Below, piece by piece: positions 58,245 to 64,000 of a DNA stretch of 64,000 bases. The position numbers and the translations under genes are program-made. Within the stretch, counting starts at the first letter, position 1. Every line of letters begins with the position of its first letter. The DNA comes from an uncultured virus (IMG/VR IMGVR_UViG_3300000478_000004) (lineage: Duplodnaviria > Heunggongvirae > Uroviricota > Caudoviricetes). The DNA lies in IMG/VR virus record IMGVR_UViG_3300000478_000004; one strand, written 5' to 3'. The notes beneath the pieces were generated by a model that was given only the letters and a program-made list of their open reading frames with translations, did not search any database and was not told the DNA's origin.

Positions 58245-58562
58245 ATGGCAGAAATACTTACAGCACTACTGACCTACGGCCCTTTGGGCATATTTTGTGC
58301 TGTTCTATGGATGACGGTGAAGCAAAAGGATGACCAAATAAGGGAAATCCAAGCTGAATCCCAAAAACAAATTCAGCTTAAGGATGAACAAATTCAAAAA
58401 CTAATGGAGTCACACTCTAGAACTCTTGACGACATCCGTAAAGCACAGACTGAGAGGGAAAAAGAAGTATCTGTCACTCTTCAGTCTTTTGGTAACAGCA
58501 TAGTTACTGCCGTAGAACAGGCACATGATTTAGCCGAAAGGTTATGGGGGATCAGAAAATGA
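58245..58562 (+). CDS. Holin-like protein (BhlA/UviB-like, putative)
   Basis: N-terminal TM ILTALLTYGPLGIFCAVLWM followed by a charged coiled coil. Confidence 0.5.
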   Translation: MAEILTALLTYGPLGIFCAVLWMTVKQKDDQIREIQAESQKQIQLKDEQIQKLMESHSRTLDDIRKAQTEREKEVSVTLQSFGNSIVTAVEQAHDLAERLWGIRK

Positions 58563-58954
58563 AGGACAGGAACGCAGCCGCCGCCTCTCAGAATACTGAG
58601 GTACTTGAGTTGGAGCGAGAGAATAAAGAACTCGCTACACAACAGGTAAAGAAGATCAACGAGACTCTCAGGAAAGTTAGGCATATCTCTAGAGAGAGTC
58701 AACGTATGGACGCTGTTCGTTCTGCCCCCCTTTCTATTACTGAGGAAGTAGTTTCGACTTCCCGCAGGGACACTAGGAGAGAAAGAGAAGATGACACCGA
58801 CCAGTTTTTGATTCCTGAACCCTCTAGGGAGTCTACGGTGTCTTCTGTTTTCTCTAAGGCATTTGAGCTTTTTGAAAAGGAATGTCGAGAGCACAACTTT
58901 TCTACCTCTAAGGGAACTGATTCGCCTGTCGTGAAAGTCTGGAAACTGGTATGA
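58559..58954 (+). CDS. Hypothetical protein
   Basis: Start at ATG 58559 (ATGA overlap). Confidence 0.5.
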   Translation: MKDRNAAAASQNTEVLELERENKELATQQVKKINETLRKVRHISRESQRMDAVRSAPLSITEEVVSTSRRDTRREREDDTDQFLIPEPSRESTVSSVFSKAFELFEKECREHNFSTSKGTDSPVVKVWKLV

Positions 58955-59955
58955 CAGTATCTTCCAAATTACCGGAAAATATTAGTGACTCCCTGGGTGC
59001 CTCCCTTGGAAAGGTTGTTTCTTTTTCTGGTAATATGGATCCCGCAACACAGAGATCCCTTAAATCTGCTGTGGATGGTCTGGAAAGATCCCTTAAGTAC
59101 TATGAGACGGTAGCCAACAAGCTGTTGTCCACTAGGTCTTACACAGACCAGCTAGACGATGTAATAAAAGACAGGATTCCTAATAATTACGCAGACAAAG
59201 CGTACAAAAGACTTTTTTGGAGAACTGTGTACAAAACAGTTCCCTTTCTTACAGAAAAAAAGAAGACAGAGGACCAGATAAATGCGCTCTCGCGCTTGTC
59301 TCTTACTTCCTTTCTTACTGCCTATAAGGCCATAATCGCTTACACAAACGCTATCATACAAAGAGGCAACGTATCGTCTGTCGATAGTAATGACACAGAC
59401 CCCGATTCTGATCCCGACACCTTTGACCCAGAGCTAGATGACACTGTCTCTGGCCTAGAGAGGGAGATCAAACCTTCTCAGGGCAGAGATCAGCACCAGA
59501 GAAAGACTGACCAGAACATAAAGACCAAACTTAAGAGAAAAGAACCTGTAGAAAAGGCGGAGGACCCTGAGGCTTTTCGTGAGTTCACTGGACGTCATGA
59601 AAATTCTATCGACGCCTGTAGAGCCGCCGTAAAACGTCATGACTCCGATTTGCAGGAGGTGTTGCGCTTTTCCACAGAGCGGTCCTTTGGTTTAATACAG
59701 GCATCGTCCTCCAGGGCAGCCGTTCTAGGCCAAGTTCTTTTAACAGCCGCAAACAGAGCTAGAGAAGATCTTGAGCCAGGGACTTATGTTGCGTGCAAAG
59801 GAATACTGGCTAGCATTCTTTCTCTCAACAATATCGTCATACAGTCTGTGGCTCTTAACAAGTCACAAACCAAAAAGATAAACGAGCAGCTAAAGAGTCT
59901 GCAGAATAGCTCTGAGGAAGTCGTAGAGAGTCTCCCCGAGAAAACTCAAAAATAG
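58951..59955 (+). CDS. Hypothetical protein
   Basis: 334 aa helical protein with a DTDPDSDPD linker. Confidence 0.6.
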   Translation: MTVSSKLPENISDSLGASLGKVVSFSGNMDPATQRSLKSAVDGLERSLKYYETVANKLLSTRSYTDQLDDVIKDRIPNNYADKAYKRLFWRTVYKTVPFLTEKKKTEDQINALSRLSLTSFLTAYKAIIAYTNAIIQRGNVSSVDSNDTDPDSDPDTFDPELDDTVSGLEREIKPSQGRDQHQRKTDQNIKTKLKRKEPVEKAEDPEAFREFTGRHENSIDACRAAVKRHDSDLQEVLRFSTERSFGLIQASSSRAAVLGQVLLTAANRAREDLEPGTYVACKGILASILSLNNIVIQSVALNKSQTKKINEQLKSLQNSSEEVVESLPEKTQK

Positions 59956-59971
59956 TTGGTAAAATAAGACC

Positions 59972-61093
59972 ATGGTTGCCAAGCATCTACACAATACCCC
60001 AAGCTCCACCCACCAGATACAGGCACACATCCTTTATCACTGGCTGTCTTTCGTGAACGAAATGACCGTGGTAGAGGCCAATGGCCCTAATTGGACCACA
60101 CTGTTCTACAGTGGGGCTACAGGCGTCATTAACAGCCTCACTACTCAGGACTTCTACGACGCCAACCCTGTTTTTGACGCTACATTTGTAGGTAAGCACA
60201 TTGCTATACGCGATAGTGCCAATCCCACAAACTGTTTCATTGCGGAAATAACGGCATTCATATCACCTACACGTCTGACCTTAGACTCCACTGCTGTTCT
60301 AAACGTAGACTCTTCTAACATAGAGTACATAGTTTTTGACACCGCTGTACCCCCTAGCCCCGGTGACTTCTTTGTTCTTCAGAACTCTGCTGTTTCTGGG
60401 CCGCGCTGGCAATTTAGGTGCCTCGTAAACGCAGTTCCTTCTGCTCTCGAATTTGAGTTTGGGTTTTCTGGTGGGTGGGACGTAGGTACTACTAGTTGGC
60501 TGCTTCCAGTTTCTACCTCACACTGGCTTCCCGCCTCTGTTGAGCGCTTATTCTGTGTGTCAGACTCCCAGGCAGGTTACGTGTTTCTTTGGTCCGAGAA
60601 TCCCCCTGGAGGAGCGGCGGCAGACAGAAACGCTATATGGATGGGCTCTATTGTTCCGTTTCACTCTCCTTCTGAGGTTGGGGTTCCGAAAGACTTGGCC
60701 TTTAGCGCCATATTTGGGTCCACAACATCTCCTGGTCCAACAGACAACCTGTCCAGGGACACAACAGTCGCAGACAACTTTGTTGTTGGCGAGATGCTAA
60801 ATGCGTCTGGTGTGTTGACCCCCGTTTACCTTAGTCAAAAGAGGCTACTATCTTCCGGTACGGACACCTTGTCTATAGCGGCTGCGGCTACCAACCCAAG
60901 GTCAGCACAGACAGACGATTACGATGCTATAGTGTTCATTAGGGCACCAGACCAGTCCTTTAGAGGCAGACTCCCTGCAGTCAGGCTGCTCAACGACGTA
61001 ATAGCGAACAGAACTCCATTGAACGGAAACATATCTTACGTCCTTGGCAACGGCATAGGTTGCCTGTGGAACGGAAAGGCACCTCAGCCTTGA
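59972..61093 (+). CDS. Putative virion protein (paralogue of 54982-56046)
   Basis: 373 aa; shared motifs FVGKHIAI/HVGMWLTV, PRWQFR/PLWQAR and LGNG..W.G. Confidence 0.6.
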   Translation: MVAKHLHNTPSSTHQIQAHILYHWLSFVNEMTVVEANGPNWTTLFYSGATGVINSLTTQDFYDANPVFDATFVGKHIAIRDSANPTNCFIAEITAFISPTRLTLDSTAVLNVDSSNIEYIVFDTAVPPSPGDFFVLQNSAVSGPRWQFRCLVNAVPSALEFEFGFSGGWDVGTTSWLLPVSTSHWLPASVERLFCVSDSQAGYVFLWSENPPGGAAADRNAIWMGSIVPFHSPSEVGVPKDLAFSAIFGSTTSPGPTDNLSRDTTVADNFVVGEMLNASGVLTPVYLSQKRLLSSGTDTLSIAAAATNPRSAQTDDYDAIVFIRAPDQSFRGRLPAVRLLNDVIANRTPLNGNISYVLGNGIGCLWNGKAPQP

Positions 61094-61485
61094 CCTATAA
61101 GCACGCAATTTCTGACCCGCTTGTTCTCTTTGAACGTCAGAGGTTTTATGCTTCAGCCAAGTCTCAAGGTCCTGGTATTCATAAGGTATACACCTTAGCA
61201 GAAAAGGCGGGTGCACCACAATTATCCTTGGCCAAGAAGGTATTTGACTTTGTCTCTTCAAATCCTCCTGCTGAAGATTCTCCTCATTACTTAGCTGAGT
61301 ATATGAGAGACACGATACTCTCACAGATACCAAGAAAAACCAGGTATGATGATTCCTTTTGGTGTTGTCTCCTTTACCTTCTTGACAAGAACAACGTTCC
61401 TAACTGTGAGATAGGTGGGGTTCTTCATAGCTTCATCTATAAGGTTTACGACGACTTCGACCCTCAAGACGTGTTAGATGGCTAG
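61090..61485 (+). CDS. Hypothetical protein
   Basis: Probable TTG start at 61090 overlapping the upstream TGA. Confidence 0.45.
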   Translation: MTYKHAISDPLVLFERQRFYASAKSQGPGIHKVYTLAEKAGAPQLSLAKKVFDFVSSNPPAEDSPHYLAEYMRDTILSQIPRKTRYDDSFWCCLLYLLDKNNVPNCEIGGVLHSFIYKVYDDFDPQDVLDG

Positions 61486-62050
61486 TTTTTCGTCAGATTT
61501 TTCCTCTTCTTCTCCCTTTGTTGGTGGCGGAGCAATTTTAGACTCTGCCTTTGCTGTGCATTGGCCACCTGAAGCTGGATGTATTGGATTTTCTGTAGGT
61601 GGCGGAGGTCCTTTTGGGTCAGGAGTGTCTCCTGTCGTTGCCTCAGTGACAGATCTGGCTAGACAGTACCTGGCTCGTTCCATCACGGACGGTACCTCTA
61701 TACGAATTACTCACTTTGCTGTTGGAACATCTGGCTACGACCCCGCAAATCCCCTTTCTGCTGTATCTGTAGACCCCACTGCTACATCCTTGGTTTCCGA
61801 GGTGTACAGAGACACCATAGACCTGGTAGAGACGGCAACGCTAGACGGTACATCAAAATCTTTCGTGGCCCGCATTGGTAGAGATGAACTCGCCGCTGGC
61901 ATCGGTGAAATAGCCCTTATAGCACAAATTATAGACTCCCCGTTTCCTTTCGAAATAGGTACATTTTTCGCCTTTGCTATAGCGCATCAGCCGCTGAACG
62001 TGAAGACGCTAAATCACGTTACCTCTTATCGAGTTATTATTTCCTTGTGA
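61478..62050 (+). CDS. Tail collar/fibre-attachment protein (paralogue of 49556-50032)
   Basis: VTDLARQYLA..FAVGTSGYDP..SPFPFEIGTFFAFAIAHQPL. Confidence 0.55.
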   Translation: MASFSSDFSSSSPFVGGGAILDSAFAVHWPPEAGCIGFSVGGGGPFGSGVSPVVASVTDLARQYLARSITDGTSIRITHFAVGTSGYDPANPLSAVSVDPTATSLVSEVYRDTIDLVETATLDGTSKSFVARIGRDELAAGIGEIALIAQIIDSPFPFEIGTFFAFAIAHQPLNVKTLNHVTSYRVIISL

Positions 62051-62057
62051 GGTAAGG

Positions 62058-63608
62058 ATGATTCTCTTCGAAAATTTCAAGACGTTTCTTCAGCTTGTGG
62101 TGTCGAATCAACAGACTGTCAATCAGAACTCTGTTCTTTCAAATGCCACGTATGCACAAGCTGTTGCAGACCACATAAGCGCTCTAACTCCAGACCATAA
62201 CATACGTCTGGACACTACCAGGGTATCTTCCTCTTCTGGGTTGTTAGTCTCTGACGCAAACAGAAGGGAAATAAGATTCGAGCCCAAAGGCGCGGGGAAG
62301 GTGGTACAAGGCTTTCTCGAAGCCAACATTTCTGACGTAAGGAAAATTTGGCAGCGTAGTGATGACTCTCTGGGGACCATCACTACCGTTCCTTATGGGA
62401 CTCTTCCTGACGGTCGTAGGTATTACGTTACAGATGCCAGCGCTGGAGTGTTCTACCTAAACGAATACGGGCAGATTATGGGAGCCGTCCCTGGTTTTGG
62501 TAATACGGTAACTGGATATGGAAACCCGGTATCCGCTATTGTTTTTACTGAAACCGCCACAGAGTACGTGGCCATCATAAGCCAGCAGCATACATTGCAC
62601 ATATACGACACTGCCACCCTTACCCAGGTGGCCTCTTTTGGTGTGTCGGGCGTGGCTGGCTTGCCTGACGTAGGTAACCTAGACACTCCACTCGACCTTG
62701 CTTTCGACGAAGGAACTTCCACTCTCTACATCTCGTGTGGGGGAGTGTCTGTTCCCGCAGGTGCTGCCTCTCCTGGGTTTATTGCCTCCTTTGACCTTTC
62801 CGCACTTCCTGCTGTGACCTTTGGTCAGTACGTAGCTCTAAATAACGGACAATCCCTTCATCAGGGTCAGGTAGTTACCCCTAATGGTTTGTACTACGAC
62901 CCCACTATTTCTTCTCTCTGGGTTTTGTCTGAGGACTCCTCTAACACAGCTCGTCCGTTTGAGGTTGGTGCCCTTTCTGTCACCGGCCCTGCTAGTAATG
63001 GTTATTTGCGTGGGTACATAGAGTTTAGGGGTGCAGGTTTTTCTGTGTCCGCTGCGAGCAAGGTACACGTTGACGTGGATAGGAGACGTCTGTACCTGAC
63101 CAACTCTCCTGGTGTTGAGGTGTTCGACCTTGTCACTCTCAAGCACCTGTACACCTTTGGCTACTATGGTGTTGACGAAAATAGTGCCAACAGGAATGCA
63201 CCGTTCTCCTTTCCCTCAACAGGTGCCGTGCAGGCTGTAGGGTCTGATATACTCACTGTTGATGGCGTGTTGCTTAACTTCGCACTTTTCCACGATGTAA
63301 CCAACAACCGGATAGTTAGGTTTAGCGAGAATTCCTACGAGGGAGAAAACCTAGTTCTTTTTAACTCCATGACCTTTACCGTGCCCGTATCTCTACACGG
63401 ATACCTAGTTAAGGGCACGGTATCCTCATCGAAGGTCCAGGTAGAATATAGGACTTCTGCTACCGGGTCCTGGCAAATACTCAATCAGACGGACAGCGTC
63501 CCTGCTTCTTCCTTCTTTCAATTCAGACTAAAGGTAAATGCTGACGTTCGTGATATCCTTCAGGAAACTTCCATCAAGGAAGTAATAGTGATAGGTGAGC
63601 AGGAATGA
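62058..63608 (+). CDS. NHL-like beta-propeller virion protein
   Basis: RBS gaggtaagg; repeats NLDTPLDLAFD, VTPNGLYYD, VHVDVDRRRLYLT, LYTFG. Confidence 0.55.
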   Translation: MILFENFKTFLQLVVSNQQTVNQNSVLSNATYAQAVADHISALTPDHNIRLDTTRVSSSSGLLVSDANRREIRFEPKGAGKVVQGFLEANISDVRKIWQRSDDSLGTITTVPYGTLPDGRRYYVTDASAGVFYLNEYGQIMGAVPGFGNTVTGYGNPVSAIVFTETATEYVAIISQQHTLHIYDTATLTQVASFGVSGVAGLPDVGNLDTPLDLAFDEGTSTLYISCGGVSVPAGAASPGFIASFDLSALPAVTFGQYVALNNGQSLHQGQVVTPNGLYYDPTISSLWVLSEDSSNTARPFEVGALSVTGPASNGYLRGYIEFRGAGFSVSAASKVHVDVDRRRLYLTNSPGVEVFDLVTLKHLYTFGYYGVDENSANRNAPFSFPSTGAVQAVGSDILTVDGVLLNFALFHDVTNNRIVRFSENSYEGENLVLFNSMTFTVPVSLHGYLVKGTVSSSKVQVEYRTSATGSWQILNQTDSVPASSFFQFRLKVNADVRDILQETSIKEVIVIGEQE

Positions 63609-63868
63609 CCACAGGTCCAAGAGGGAGTTTGTTAACGGCAAATGTTCAGTCTGAAACAGTGACTCAGACTATTTTTGTCGTGTACTCTACCTTTGATACC
63701 CTATCTGACCCGTGCGCCTATTTACTTAGTCAGTTGTCTTCTTATGTACTTGAAGAAGTAGGGGCTCCCTCCTCTGCTTTTCTCACCTGCTCTTTACTGA
63801 CTAGTAGCATCCTATCGGACGCCAGAAGAGAGTATAGGTGGAATGTAACCGCTACGTGGACGGTGTGA
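63605..63868 (+). CDS. Hypothetical protein
   Basis: 87 aa, ATGA-coupled. Confidence 0.5.
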   Translation: MTTGPRGSLLTANVQSETVTQTIFVVYSTFDTLSDPCAYLLSQLSSYVLEEVGAPSSAFLTCSLLTSSILSDARREYRWNVTATWTV

Positions 63869-63869
63869 A

Positions 63870-64000
63870 ATGGAAGACCTGGCTACAACATTCAACGAAT
63901 ACATATTGCCTCACTGGCCCTTTGTCATGGTAATGTTCATATTTGCTGTGATAGGACAGTTTACCAGTAAGAGTGTCTTCACGCGAGAAAGGGCATACCG
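63870..64000 (+). CDS. Membrane protein, possibly holin-like (3' partial)
   Basis: MEDLATTFNEYILPHWPFVMVMFIFAVIGQFTSK...; runs off the window end. Confidence 0.45.
   Translation, partial: MEDLATTFNEYILPHWPFVMVMFIFAVIGQFTSKSVFTRERAY

Noticed and set aside
299..63146. Numerous minus-strand ORFs of 60-190 aa
   Set aside because: All lie antisense to longer, motif-bearing + strand genes and show no recognisable motifs; treated as shadow ORFs.
1..64000. Stop-codon reassignment
   Set aside because: TAA, TAG and TGA all end genes at positions coupled to the next start, and coding density is already near complete in the standard code.

Overview
A 64 kb segment of a large tailed (myovirus-like) bacteriophage genome. 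Every credible gene is on the + strand, tightly packed with many 1-4 nt stop/start overlaps, and reads in the standard genetic code. Block 1 (1-19.9 kb): modular virion fibre/decoration proteins built from shared domains, a patatin-like phospholipase, a possible lysozyme-fold protein, and a 40-bp perfect palindrome. Block 2 (19.9-36.3 kb): DNA metabolism and transcription. It holds a primase, a solo Cas4-like nuclease, a class II ribonucleotide reductase carrying a Pro-initiated class 3 intein with a LAGLIDADG endonuclease, and a SWIM protein. It also holds a sigma70-family factor with a damaged region 4.2, an SSB-like protein with an alternating-charge repeat tail, a Cys-less thioredoxin fold, a catalytically eroded type IA topoisomerase, RecA and an SbcD/Mre11 nuclease. 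Block 3 (36.3-64 kb): contractile-tail baseplate and tail genes (hub with M23 peptidase, spike-like, gp25-like, baseplate J, collar/fibre proteins), with an embedded Dps-like gene and holin-like genes. I saw no capsid, terminase, DNA polymerase, helicase, tRNA, rRNA or CRISPR array. All family calls come from motifs recognised by eye; no searches were run and the host cannot be determined.
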